From Adineta vaga (Eukaryota > Animalia > Rotifera), in assembly GCA_021613535.1 (NCBI GenBank), contig CP075497.1:12462001-12526000 (forward strand): 64,000 nucleotides of DNA. Direction: 5' to 3'. The position numbers and the translations under genes are program-made. The notes under the pieces are model-generated. The model saw only the letters and a list, made by a program, of their open reading frames with translations, was not told where the DNA came from and searched no databases. Below, piece after piece: positions 27,721 through 40,094 of the stretch (the stretch's first letter is position 1; every line of letters begins with the position of its first letter).

Positions 27721-27859
27721 CGTTAAACTAATCATAACAACATTGAATGAAAAGATATTTTTACAAATCTAAAGTAGATTTTTATACAATATATACATGA
27801 ACATTTCTCATATTAAACAAAGAAGAAGAAGAAAAAAAAAGACTAGTCTCATTATTCTA

Positions 27860-28842
27860 TTAATTATTATTTGTATTATTCGAATTTTGTTGTGTTGTTG
27901 TTGTTGTTGTTTGATCATTTGATTGTGATGAATCATTCGAAAGAACTTTTGGTTTAGGAATTTTTGATAAAATTTCTTTGATTTGTTTTCCTTCATGAGG
28001 TGAATCTGCATCATATGTTGTCATTAATTCATAATATTTAAGTAAATGTTTAACAACTTCATAAATTCTTTCAACATCAATTTGTGCATCAATCATATAT
28101 TGTTTTAAAAGTGCCATTTTATCACGATATGTTGCTGCAAGTAATAAACAAGCTAATGCAATTTCATAAGGAGGATAAAGAAGAGGTGCATCTGTTTTTA
28201 ATGAATCATTTATAATACGCCATGATGCTTCAAATAATTGTTGATCGATTTGAAATTCTCTTGTATACATATCTAATGAACGATATGGATGATAAACAAT
28301 TAAACAACAATCCATTATTTCAAGTAAATAAAATTCACATTCAAGAATATGTTTAATTTGATATGGATATTCATTTGGACCACCTAAACAAAAACATTGA
28401 AACTTTTATTCTTTTCAACGACAATAAAAACAATGAATTTTTTACCAAGAAGATGAACATATTTTTTATAAGTTGCAGCAGCTGCATTACAAACTCTTGG
28501 ATGATTTAATGTTGAGAATTCTTCAACTTTAGCTGCAAGAAATAAACAAGTTGGACAAAGTAACCATGGATCAATACTTTTCAATGGATATCGTGCATAA
28601 AATCGTTTTAAATAAACAATTCCTGTTGCAATGACTTGTTGACGAACTTTATATTGTTCACCAATATATTGAATAATATTTGAATAGAAAATTAAAATTT
28701 TTAAATAATCATCTTCAGTTATTGGTGAAGAATTATTGTTTATTGACCAAGAAGAAATATCTCGTAAACGAACAGATAATAATTCTTGACGATCAAATAA
28801 CCATTGATCAAATTGAGAACTTTTCCAATAAGATGAAGCCAT
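27860..28842 (-). CDS. CCNC: Cyclin C, copy 1 (2 exons)
   Basis: MASSYWKSSQFDQW, VRQQVIATGIVYLKRFYARYPLKSIDP, FLAAKVEEF, ECEFYLLEIMDCCLIVYHPYR. Intron at ~28385-28445. Confidence 0.96.
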
Positions 28843-28929
28843 GTGTTTTTTTTTTATCTAAAAAACAATAAATTATATTCACAATTATTTTGTATTTTAC
28901 AAAATATTCTTCGAAAAAGAAATGAAATT

Positions 28930-30247
28930 CTATTTAAATCCTTTATCAGCAAGTTCTTGACGAACACGATGTAAATATGTTGGATCAGGATAACCAAATC
29001 TAAAAGAAGAAAAAAATGAATTTCAGTAAAAAGAAAAGATATAAAAATACCGATCTGGTCCACCATAAAGATTTGTTTTATGATGAATATCATTCCATGT
29101 TATAACATTATCCATTCCTGTTGTCACAGATTTTCCAATTGTAAATATATGTTGATCATTAAATGCACGAATTAATAAATTTAAAATTTCTTTTCCTTCT
29201 TTTATATTTGGTAAATAAGCTTTTCGTACTGTTCCACTATAAGATGAACCGGGATTTGGATTTAATGAACTTTGAATTCCATGTTGAAATGAATATGTTA
29301 TTTCAATTGTTCCACCTTCATTCGGATCATATGAATATGATTCAAATCCTGGTAAAACGACTTGAATGAATCGTGTTGACATTTGACCATTTGATGGTTG
29401 AGGACCTGAAGAAATGAATAAAGAATATTTTAATAAAAGTATTTAAAAAAAACCTTTAGAAATTCCATAAACATATCCACAACTTGGACAAGATTGTTTT
29501 CCATTCGATTGAAACCATTGATCAATACAAGATTGATGAAAAGAATGACCACAGATTTCAAGTCGACGACAAGAAGAAGAATTTAACGGTTCAAGACATA
29601 TCATACAATCACCAAGTTCTTCATGTTGTTCTAAATCAATTCTTTTTATTAAAAGAAAAATTGAGAATATTTATTAAAACCTTCGTCATTCCATCGATGT
29701 TGATGATCAAATTGAGATATTTCATCATTATTACTAAATGTATTTGATGAAATTGTTATAGAATTATTTTTTAGTGATTTTTGTAATTCTTCAAATTTCT
29801 CTACCCATATTTGACATGTATAAAGAATATGTTGATCATTAACAGACATATCACGATAATTGATTTCATTTCCAAGATTTAATTGACGAAATTGACATAG
29901 AATACAACCTTGAGAAATACATTGAGAACAATGAAAATGATTTTTAGAACATGAAAATGGTTGTTCAATAACATTTAAATTATTACAACAAACTAAAATA
30001 GAAATGGAATATATTAATAAATATCTCGAACTCGAAGAATATCTTATTTACCTGAACATATTTTATAACTAAATATAAATTGTTCAGCAAATTTGTACCA
30101 ACAATTTGGACAAGTTGTTTGACAAATTGTATCGTTTAAAACACAATGATTACAAATAATATGTCCACAATTGAGTATTTTTCCACTGTTAATTATTGAT
30201 TGTGAACACCATTGACATATTCGATTGATTGAACGATTGGAATTCAT
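28930..30247 (-). CDS. Deltex-family E3 ubiquitin ligase (N-terminal RING-like + RING-H2 + DTC domain, no WWE), copy 1
   Basis: CMICLE...CGHSFHQSC...CPSC, GPQPSNGQM, AYLPN..EG, IFTIGKSVTTG, WNDIHHKT...GYPDPTYLHRVRQEL. Four exons. Confidence 0.92.
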
Positions 30248-31185
30248 CTGAAATACAAATTCATGATCGATAATTTTGTAATATAAAAGAAGATTCTCTT
30301 TTTTTCGACAAGACAAACTCAACTGAAAAAAAGATCGAAACATTTTCCTGATTGGGTATTTCACGGATTCATATACAACAATAGAAAAAAAGAGTATATT
30401 CATTCAACTGATCAACAACTAACGCCATCTATCGACAAACGATTCATTAAATAAGTCAAGTACGATATTTTAGGGTGGTTGTGATTGTAGTGAGGGTATT
30501 ACTCTTCTCTTGAATTAAAGTAATTGTTGTAATGTAAGTCTCGATCTTAGAACATAAAGTCATAAGAATATAGAAGAGACTTAAAGGAATTTAGATCAGA
30601 AAAAAGAGCAAAATATTCGATATCATAATTAATAAGATTTGTCGATCGAGAAAATAGCGATGTCTACGTTTTAATTTTCATTTTGGTTGTTGTTGTCAAC
30701 GAAGTTCACTAAACATATTTATACTAAACGCGAGAACAAACATTGTTGGTCAAACTATATGAAGTATCGATATATTAAATTTGATATTGGACTAGCAAAA
30801 CAAACAATTGCATCGACAACAACACCAATCGATGGTAATGTTAAATGAGAATTGACCATAGCAGAAATAATTATACAATGACCCATGTACCAATAGAAAC
30901 TCTTTTTCGTGTACAAAGTTGTTTAACTCGAAATGGATAATGAACATGAACCCAGCGATCAATTGTTATTGTAAATAAAAGCCAAGATGTACAACAGATA
31001 CAAAAATATTCAATAGACGGTGGATATGGATATAATCCAAGTTAATAACAACACCCATACCCTCTCTATTTATTCGTTCATTCATAAAAATCACATTGAA
31101 AATTTTTCAAATTTCATTAAAATACAAAAAAAAACTTCTATGATACTTATAATGATACATTTATTCTCATAAAAAAGATTATTCT

Positions 31186-34100
31186 TTAGTATATTTTTTG
31201 AAAAAGAAATCGTTGAATTTGTCTTTGATAACGTAGAATTGATTTTCGATATTCATTTTTATAAAATTTTGATGGTAAAACAAAAATAAGAAAAGTAATC
31301 ATTGGCGGAATAAATGAAAGGAAATAAACAAAAAGAAATAACCAAGAATCATTTGTTGAATTCATACATTTTGATAAATAAGAAATAATTAAACGTGGTA
31401 TTGCAAGAAAAAATAATATAACAGGTGCAGTTAATAAATGTTGATGTTCTCGAATTTGTTCACGTAACATATCTTTATAATGTCGAGTTTTATGAAAATG
31501 ACGTTTTTGACGAATTTTTGTTCCTATTAAAATAAATGTTGAAATAAAAATAATAATAAATGGAATAAAAAAATGAAGTGTATCAATTATTCGATTATAA
31601 ACTTGTAAATTGAATGGATAATTAACAATACACCAAATTTGTATTTTATTATTATCATTCTTATTTTCTTCACGAAATAAACGTCGATAAATTGGATCAT
31701 GTATTGATGTTATTGTAATTAATAATAGAAGAGAAATTAAAACAATTTTAGCTATTTGTTTACTTTTCTTTTTTATAAATCGTGTACCTTGAACAATAGT
31801 TATTGTTCTTTCTAAAGCTACACATGCATTTAACCATTGATCCATATAAAGACAAATTCGAAGAAGAAAATCTAATGAATAACATTGAATTTGTAGAAAG
31901 ATTTCATTTGATAATATTGAAATTTGTGTTGAAAGATAAATAAAATATTTTAATCCAAATAAAATGACTATTAAAATTGTTGTTATTGATGAACTAAATA
32001 AATAAATTCCACAACCAACTTCACAAACAAGTTTATTTTTAAATGTAATTAATGAAAGTATTCCATTGATTAATCCAATAATAAGAAATATAATTGTTAA
32101 TATAAAACTTGTTTTAATAATAAATCTTTGATGAAATATATTTAAATTTGGAATAATATGATAAGCTAATATTCCATCAAGTGATAAACCAAATTCACTT
32201 GTTGTAAACTGACAATGAGTTCCATAATAACATGAACGACAGATACAAATCGATCGTTTTGGACAATTGGGATCATCTTGAAAACATTGACCATCATTTT
32301 CACAATGATTTTTTCCAAAACAATTAAATTTCATTTCATGATCAAATTGAAAACAATTTGCTAAACGTTTATTTTGAAAATCGTAACATAAACAAAGATG
32401 AATATCATCATAAAAACATTGTAAATTAGGAGAAAATTTTTGACAAATTAAATGATAAGATTTGATTCGACGAAGAAGGTGAAGTTGAGCAAATGTTTCA
32501 TTAATTAGTTCATTAATTAATCGACAACGATCTGATGAATGAACTTGTTGATTTATTATTTTTGAATATTTATAAATTGATTGAATAACAGTTAAATAAT
32601 ATGTTTTATCTAATGTTTCAATAAAAGTTAAATGAAATGGTTTTGACCAATAAATTCGAATTGAATTTGTTGCTTCAGATATTGTTTGTAATGTTGTTAT
32701 TCGTTCTGGTGAATCTTTTTCAAGAATATCTTGAGTTCGATTAAGTGAAATAATTCTTATAAAATGAATAAAAATTGAATGAGATAAATCAATATTTTTA
32801 TCAAATATTAAATTTATTTGAGTATCAATTAATTCACAATGATTTCCACTAAAACCTTTTGAACAAATACAAAAATATTTATTATTTGTTGATAATATAA
32901 ACTCATCCGATACAATACATAAACCATGATTTTGACATGGAGATTTATCACATATTTGATTTCGAAGATAACAATGAGAACCAAAATAATTTTCTTTACA
33001 AATACATATTGATCGATTATTATTTAATAAACCAGTACATGAGGAATTTAATGAACATTTATAATTATATGAAATATTACAAAATATTCCAGACCATCCT
33101 TGATCACATTGACAAAATGTTTGTTTTATATTGAAATAATTTCGACATTTTCCATGAGAACATTTTTTATTTGAACAAATTTTTTCATCTTCAATTGGAA
33201 TATTTATAATAAATGCTAAACGATGAACTGGTAAGAAAGAGAATTTCACTGGATAAAAGTAACTTGTTCGATATGTAAGAGAATATTTTTCATAAATATC
33301 AATATGAATTGAATAAGTTCGATTGAAATCTTGTTTTGGTCGTGTTGAATAAAGTAAATAAATATTAAATTTAATTTTACAATCTCGAATAGATAAATAA
33401 GTAAATTGTTCATAAGAATGAATTGTTCGTTGATTTGTATTATCAATAAGCATAATTAAAATAAGAAATAAAGTTTGTTTTAATTGAACAGGAACATGAA
33501 ATCTCATAACTAAACTAATACGTTGATTTTGATATTGACATTGATTTCCATAATAAGTTGGTGGACAAAGACATGTACTTGTAGATAAATTTGATGATTT
33601 ATTTAACCAAATATGTAAATCAAGACCATGATGACAACGAGATTCATTAATAAGTGGAATTGGTTTATTATTATTTAAAGTTATTACATTAAATAATTCC
33701 TTTTCATGGATTTTATTTTCAGGTAATTCATAAAATTTATCTATTGTAAAAGAAATCAGTTCCTTTTTTTTACTTTTCGTATAATTACATAAGAATTTTT
33801 CAACATCAGAAGCATATACGATAGACGTATCTAAACACATATTTGGAGACATTGTTAATGATCGATTTTTATCACAAAATTGTTCATCATCTCCATATAA
33901 ACAATTTGGACGACCATTACATAATTCAATAAACTTTAGACATGTTGAAGAATAATTAGTTCTACAATAAAATCCTTTTTCTTTATATGTACCTGTCGAT
34001 AGACATAAACTAGATTCATCTGTACCACCAAGACAATCAACTATACCATCATTAATTTTGTTTATTGGTAAACACATAAATTCTGATGTATTTTTTGTTA

Positions 34101-35928
34101 CACATAATCGATAATCTAATGAACAATTGACCGGCGATGATGATAATGAAGGACAATTCATTTCATCTTCACCATAAAAACAATTCCAAAATCCATCACA
34201 ATGAGTATAAATATTATCACATTCCCATTGTTGACATTCAGTTTCATCTGTTTCATTTATTCCATTAATCATAATTGGATATAATTCTTGAATACCATCA
34301 CAAATTGTTTGAAATAATATTGTTCTTTTTGTAAAATTATCTGTTTTATGTTCATCTTCACAAAATGAATCTCCTTCTTTGTTACAATCACAATTTCCAT
34401 CTTCAATTGCTGATTGTGGAATAAATTGATTTGTAAAATAACAATTATAATATTTATGTTTAATTTGAGAAAATAATTGAAAATTTATATTTTCATGAAT
34501 ATTTTCATCATCATTATAAGGACAATCAGATATACCATTAATTAAACGATGAAATGAAATATATTTTGAAGAATTAACACATTGATATAAATTCGATTGA
34601 TTCAAAGGTAAATTAATTATTGGATTGATTTGTTTTAGTTTTTGAAATATATTGTTTATTGGTAATTGATATCGTGGTGTCCAAAGAGCTGTATGAGATA
34701 TTGTTAAATGATAAGATGCTTCGAAACACATTGTATTATTAATTGATATATTGTTAATTAAATAAAGTAATTCATGATGATTAAAAGATTGATTTGAACA
34801 TAAATAAGGTACAATAGAATTTTGATTTTTCTTATAAACTATATAAATATGTTGTAAGAACATAGGATTATTTGGAATATATAATATATCTGGACAATAT
34901 TTTATAATTGTTGGTATACATTCCTTATTTATAATTTGAATTGTTATTTTAGAATATTTTGAATTTAATAAACCTAAATAACATTGATAAGCAAACCAAC
35001 ATTGATCTGAAATTGAATTATCTTGAATTGAAAACATTGATTGTAATAATAAATAATTTCGTTTCTTATCACAAGAACTTGTTAAAAATATTTTTTCACA
35101 TATGACATCTTCTGATCCAAATACAGGTTGTTGTTTATAAGCTGACATAATAAAATTTAAAAGTGCAAACGTTTCATCTGATCGATCGATACAATCAAAA
35201 TTAGCTGGATTATCATGAATAAATTCATTTGGTATACAATATCCAAATCGACATTGATATTCATTTTGATTACATTCTATGAATTCAAGTTGCCAACAAT
35301 ATTCTTCATCAATTGAATTATCAAGACAATCAACTTTTCCATTACAAATTTCTGTCCAATCTAAACATGCAGATGAATAACCACGATTACATTTTAAATG
35401 TATATAACAAGTTAAATTAGTTGGATCATAAAAATAACTTCGATAATAACCATTAATTATTTCATATAATGATGAATAATTTTCATGATAATAATATAAT
35501 TCATATTGACACATTGATCCAAATCTTGGTAATGTACAATTATAAAGAATTTCTTTTTCTAATGATAAATCATTTGTTTGAAAATAAATTTCATATCTTT
35601 CAATAATATCAATTGGTATTGACCAGAAATATAAATCTTCATTTGTTATATTTTGTATTTTAAGATCACGAAAAGAAAATTTTTGTAATGAATCATCAAT
35701 TTCAATATGAAATTTTGAAGATGATTCACTCATACAATAAGATGAAATTTGTCGATTAAGATATGATTGATCCATATTTGAAGCAAGTCGAAAACAGCCA
35801 TATCCTATACCTATTTTATCATTATATTCATTTGAACTTACTTCATCTGTATAATAAAGATTCATTTGTGGTAAAGCAATGATACAATGAAGAAAAATTA
35901 AATCAAATAGATATTTTACATACATCAT
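31186..35928 (-). CDS. Intronless 1580-aa receptor: signal peptide, multiple LDL-receptor class A repeats, EGF-like repeats, rhodopsin-like 7TM domain
   Basis: LDLa motifs (CNGKVDCLDNSIDEEYC, CDGFWNCFYGEDEMNC), EGF motifs (CQCDQGWSGIFC, CICSKGFSGNHC) and a C-terminal 7TM with VALERT in the DRY position. Confidence 0.92.
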   Translation of the reverse strand: MMYVKYLFDLIFLHCIIALPQMNLYYTDEVSSNEYNDKIGIGYGCFRLASNMDQSYLNRQISSYCMSESSSKFHIEIDDSLQKFSFRDLKIQNITNEDLYFWSIPIDIIERYEIYFQTNDLSLEKEILYNCTLPRFGSMCQYELYYYHENYSSLYEIINGYYRSYFYDPTNLTCYIHLKCNRGYSSACLDWTEICNGKVDCLDNSIDEEYCWQLEFIECNQNEYQCRFGYCIPNEFIHDNPANFDCIDRSDETFALLNFIMSAYKQQPVFGSEDVICEKIFLTSSCDKKRNYLLLQSMFSIQDNSISDQCWFAYQCYLGLLNSKYSKITIQIINKECIPTIIKYCPDILYIPNNPMFLQHIYIVYKKNQNSIVPYLCSNQSFNHHELLYLINNISINNTMCFEASYHLTISHTALWTPRYQLPINNIFQKLKQINPIINLPLNQSNLYQCVNSSKYISFHRLINGISDCPYNDDENIHENINFQLFSQIKHKYYNCYFTNQFIPQSAIEDGNCDCNKEGDSFCEDEHKTDNFTKRTILFQTICDGIQELYPIMINGINETDETECQQWECDNIYTHCDGFWNCFYGEDEMNCPSLSSSPVNCSLDYRLCVTKNTSEFMCLPINKINDGIVDCLGGTDESSLCLSTGTYKEKGFYCRTNYSSTCLKFIELCNGRPNCLYGDDEQFCDKNRSLTMSPNMCLDTSIVYASDVEKFLCNYTKSKKKELISFTIDKFYELPENKIHEKELFNVITLNNNKPIPLINESRCHHGLDLHIWLNKSSNLSTSTCLCPPTYYGNQCQYQNQRISLVMRFHVPVQLKQTLFLILIMLIDNTNQRTIHSYEQFTYLSIRDCKIKFNIYLLYSTRPKQDFNRTYSIHIDIYEKYSLTYRTSYFYPVKFSFLPVHRLAFIINIPIEDEKICSNKKCSHGKCRNYFNIKQTFCQCDQGWSGIFCNISYNYKCSLNSSCTGLLNNNRSICICKENYFGSHCYLRNQICDKSPCQNHGLCIVSDEFILSTNNKYFCICSKGFSGNHCELIDTQINLIFDKNIDLSHSIFIHFIRIISLNRTQDILEKDSPERITTLQTISEATNSIRIYWSKPFHLTFIETLDKTYYLTVIQSIYKYSKIINQQVHSSDRCRLINELINETFAQLHLLRRIKSYHLICQKFSPNLQCFYDDIHLCLCYDFQNKRLANCFQFDHEMKFNCFGKNHCENDGQCFQDDPNCPKRSICICRSCYYGTHCQFTTSEFGLSLDGILAYHIIPNLNIFHQRFIIKTSFILTIIFLIIGLINGILSLITFKNKLVCEVGCGIYLFSSSITTILIVILFGLKYFIYLSTQISILSNEIFLQIQCYSLDFLLRICLYMDQWLNACVALERTITIVQGTRFIKKKSKQIAKIVLISLLLLITITSIHDPIYRRLFREENKNDNNKIQIWCIVNYPFNLQVYNRIIDTLHFFIPFIIIFISTFILIGTKIRQKRHFHKTRHYKDMLREQIREHQHLLTAPVILFFLAIPRLIISYLSKCMNSTNDSWLFLFVYFLSFIPPMITFLIFVLPSKFYKNEYRKSILRYQRQIQRFLFQKIY

Positions 35929-37640
35929 TTTCTTTTTTAGTTAAGGAATAAAATATTTTATGTTTATATCGATTTTATTTTAAATTCATTATAGATAAAA
36001 ACATTTTAATTCATTTGTTCCGTTTTAAGAAAATCCATATCTAATTATCAATATTTTATGAACAGATGTCTTTGTTTTATTTTATATTGATAGACGTAAT
36101 TATGTCGCACATATCCAACATTTTTAAGATGCACCTAAAGATCAAACAAGGCTATAAACATTTAGATGATCTAATTTTTGTCATTTGAAAATGCAAGATT
36201 AAAAAAGATTTCCTATTCTTCTAAATATTATATAAACTATCTTGTCTTTTACAATTATAGAAATCCACAGCGACGTAGATATGAAAAAGCTGATATTTTT
36301 TAGCTCATTTTGATTTTCTATTTTTTTCTGAGCTGAATCGGTCAGTTAAAAAGCGAGTTGCGCCGATTCGAAGTCTTGAAAAAACAAATAATTGCGTCTC
36401 CAAACTTGCGTATATGTACCACATATTTACATTCCTAATGAACTATTCAATCTTCATTGGTGTATTTATTGACGCTTGCAGAAAAATCATTCTTTCAAAT
36501 TCAAAAATATCAATTGAAGAAATTTTAAAAGTTTATAATGAAATAAATGAATGAAAGTCAGATGATAATCCGAGTGTTATGTGTACCATACAATGTGAAA
36601 GTTGCTAAGGATGGTAGTAATAAAAATCACTCATTAGTTATGTTTTTCGTTCGGTCACTCGTTCTGGCTATCTATTGGCAAAAGATGTTGAAAATAAGTA
36701 ACTGAGTAATTCTCATTTCCAGATATGTAGAAACTTCCGTAAAACGAGAAAGTTTCCCTTAATATTCAACTAAAAGAAGCTCTTTAAAGAAATAACAAGA
36801 GAGAAGAGACAACGATAAGTTTAAAACAAAGTTATTTAAAACTTTGAAGTTCCATTGGTTATCGACTGGTTCTGATAATTGCGGCACTTGTACATTCCGA
36901 AACCGATTTAAAACAACTGAACCAGGACGCATAATTTCGCAAGTTTCATAATGCTCGCACTTCTTGTAAAATAACCAGTTTTTATCTTTTTTGCTCATGA
37001 AATAATTATCTGGGGATTTCTCAGTACAACAATCAAATAAATATAAGGGAGGAGTGAAAATGGATCAAAAGAATAAAGAAAGTGAGAGAAAAACAAGAAA
37101 ACAAAGCATAACATGAGTACAACATAACTGACACGAAAAGTATTAATGTTCATACTTAGAAATAAAAAAATTCAAGCAAAATAATGAAAGAAGAATGGTA
37201 GATTAAAATTGAAACGATCACATTTATTATGTGCAAGTCGAAAAATGAATGACATTGGACAAGAATTGAAGATGCGAGTGAATTATTTTTCAATAGAATA
37301 ATTTCACACAAAGGCCAGAATCGCACTGATGAAAAAGGAAAATGAATATCTTTTTAAGTCAATGATCAATCACACCAAACATATAATTCACCAATGAGAA
37401 AGCAGAATAGCTTCTTTGATGTGCCATCCGGAATACTGGAAAAGAGTGATGATATTCAATTGAGTTGCTGGTACAAAGTATTTTTATCCTTGCTGAGTCG
37501 GTTGTTAAGAGTTTTAGCAGGCTTTGGCTACCGTAGCATCTATTAACTTACAAAAACACACATACAGAGTGTAACAGAAAATTAGCCTTCTCCCTTTACA
37601 ACCTAAGATCTGAAAGATATCACAAACTATTTTGTATTCA

Positions 37641-38488
37641 CCCATGTCGGCTTGTACGGCCCGAAACTCCAGTCATTCGCATCAAAACATGAAAGTAGCA
37701 TTCCGGCCGGATGTAGTCGGATTTTTCCTGCGTCCTTCCAATCATATCCTACTGGAAGCTACAGTACTGGCAAACTTGAAAGTTGAATACAAATTTTAAG
37801 CTTTACATGTATGAATCATTATTCTGTCGCATATTATTTCAACATACCACTAGGCCCCAATAACCATAAGTATAGTTGTACAGCAGGTCGATCAGGAGAA
37901 CTGTAATATGTATGATAAGAACCTTGCGAGACGTGAGATATCATTCATAATGATAGAAAAAGCGATATGCACGGCTGGTAGTTACACAAGTCTTCATATG
38001 TTGTTAATAATCGACTTTGTTGTATGTTTAAAATGGTAGATATGTCAATGTTCATGTGAGATGCTGATGATATGCTTGTCAAAATCATCTCAGAAATTGA
38101 TTTATCATCGATAATAGAAGAACGTCGTGACATATTGAATTAAGAAAAAAACCAAGTACTTGTATCTTTAATCTCAAAATAAAAAAAGATTGCTTTTCCA
38201 GTAACGAACAACGTGAAAATAGCTATATTAAGGAAGAAACAATAGAAAAAATATTGTTCTCTTCAAATAGAATACAGCTGATTATTTTGCTTTTACTTAT
38301 CTGTTGTAGCACTTGATAAAAACCGACTTGATTTGATGTTAAGAGTTAATATTTCCACAGTTTATAGCTAGAATTAACACAAAATCCATTTAAATAGGAG
38401 GAAAAGACAAAGGACAGATATCACGGTTAGTATATAGTTTGTTTTTATGTCGTAAAGGCCGTATACGGGCCGTATCGTTCGACCTGGG
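37641..38488. mobile_element. Putative non-autonomous TIR element with CCCA-type ends
   Basis: Left end CCCATGTCGGCTTGTACGGCCCG versus reverse complement of right end CCCAGGTCGAACGATACGGCCCG. No clear TSD. Confidence 0.4.
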
Positions 38489-39699
38489 TGGTAAATCTTC
38501 TATTCCATTTTCTTTTTCGTGCTCTTTAATCGGTACCCTTGTTGTGCTATCTGTATCTCTTTTCTTTATTCACATCTTTTATTAATAAAAAAGCGAGATA
38601 TATCAGTAATTTGTCAAAATACGACCCGAAAAACTTTTACAATTTTCAAACTTTTGTGAATCTAAAACCTCACACAGAAAATTTGATTCTATACATTTAT
38701 TTTAATTATTTTCTATGTTGCCTGAGATTCTCTGCAACAAATTATTATGAATATGATTCGATATGAGCGTCTGCTTATGCAGATTGTACTTGAATTTATT
38801 ACATATAAACGTATTTTTATATAAATGAAAGGTATACATTCAACTGTTCCTCATCAATTACCTTTCGACTCTGTGCAATTTGACTATTTTGATTCCAACC
38901 TCTGCAAGTCATCTTTTAAGCATGCTTCATGGATGTTTCTCAAGCAAATCAACTATATCACACATTTTGTTATTTAATCATGCACACCTACATTACTGAA
39001 CCGCTTCTGATTTTGAAGATCACTTTTAAGCATGTATCCACGCTTATTTTATGAAAACTGAACTATTTAATATTCTGACTCTAACGTGCCAATCAACTAA
39101 AATTCAAACTGTCACCATTTTGTTTAAATAAGTCGAAGTTCAATACATTAGCTATTAAAACCCGTTTCATGTAAAACGCGAAGCACATCACAAATCCTGT
39201 TAGAAGTATGAAAGTCAAATATAGCACTTTCTTCAATTTTCACACATATTGGTTGATGACTGCAGTTGATCCATTCATTATGCATTACAATTTTCTTTCC
39301 GTGTGTAAAAGCAAATATCTGCTAGATATCCTCATACATGTATATAGATAGACAACTATTATTGAATTCTGCGTTTGATAACTGAAATTTTTCATCTATC
39401 ACCATGACATATCCCAGCATGCATGTCTAAGATAGAACAACTTATACTATATAGTATTCTAAATGCACCGGTTTTCTAACAATTTCCACTCCAACTCTGT
39501 CTCCACTTCACTTCCGACCTGAAAAGTCTTAAACTTTGGGTTAGAGTATCATCTATCGTGAATGCACACACGTTCACGATAGTCAAAGGAATATAGTGTC
39601 GGAATGAATGCCTTACTCCTGTATCGCTCTCAATTCCGTGTAAGACGATCAGACTAGTGTGAAAATATAATAATAGATAGATACTCTGAAGATCGATCA

Positions 39700-39987
39700 A
39701 ATGAGTTTATCGAAATTGGGTTTAATTTCAACCAAATTCGTCTTCCACCTTCATTAGACTTTTCCCTGTGCATACGAAAATGTCATGGACAACTTGGTCA
39801 CGTTAGCCATCAAAGAACCACCTAGGTGAAATTTTATTCAGACACTCCCTTACTGGGGTGCTGATCCCTTATTGACCTTTTCCTGGACCCATGGAAGTAC
39901 CAGAGGAAGTTCGGTGACCGTAGTTAATACAGAGACTGAACGCATAACGAACAAACAGACGAATATTCTTCTTTATATACGTAGATG
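39700..39987 (-). mobile_element. Helitron-like non-autonomous element fragment (5' end)
   Basis: The minus strand begins ATCTACGTATATAAAGAAGAATATTCGTCTGTTTGTTCG, similar to the TC-start + TATATAAA + (TCTG/TTTG)n heads of animal non-autonomous Helitrons. The 3' end was not resolved. Confidence 0.45.
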
Positions 39988-40094
39988 ATATGATGTGCTA
40001 CCATAGTTTTCTACTCAACAGAAACTAAATATGTAATTTCGGGCATGGTATGAAATATCAGAGAAGAGGTAGTTCGTAAAAAATGGTAGTAGAC

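Larger units (their letters stand above)
27691..30473. repeat. Segmental duplication, copy A (~2.8 kb, direct repeat of 40205-42991)
   Basis: Near-identical sequence, including introns and the upstream region, at an offset of ~12.51 kb. Confidence 0.97.

Noticed and set aside
30470-30550. tRNA/SINE-like head at the duplication boundary
   Set aside because: No cloverleaf or convincing B-box.
36759-36998. 79-aa ORF
   Set aside because: It overlaps AACCG/GGTTC-rich repeat-like sequence and has no protein features.
38760-39420. Possible decayed F-box/LRR-like gene
   Set aside because: Too many stops in all frames to assign by eye.
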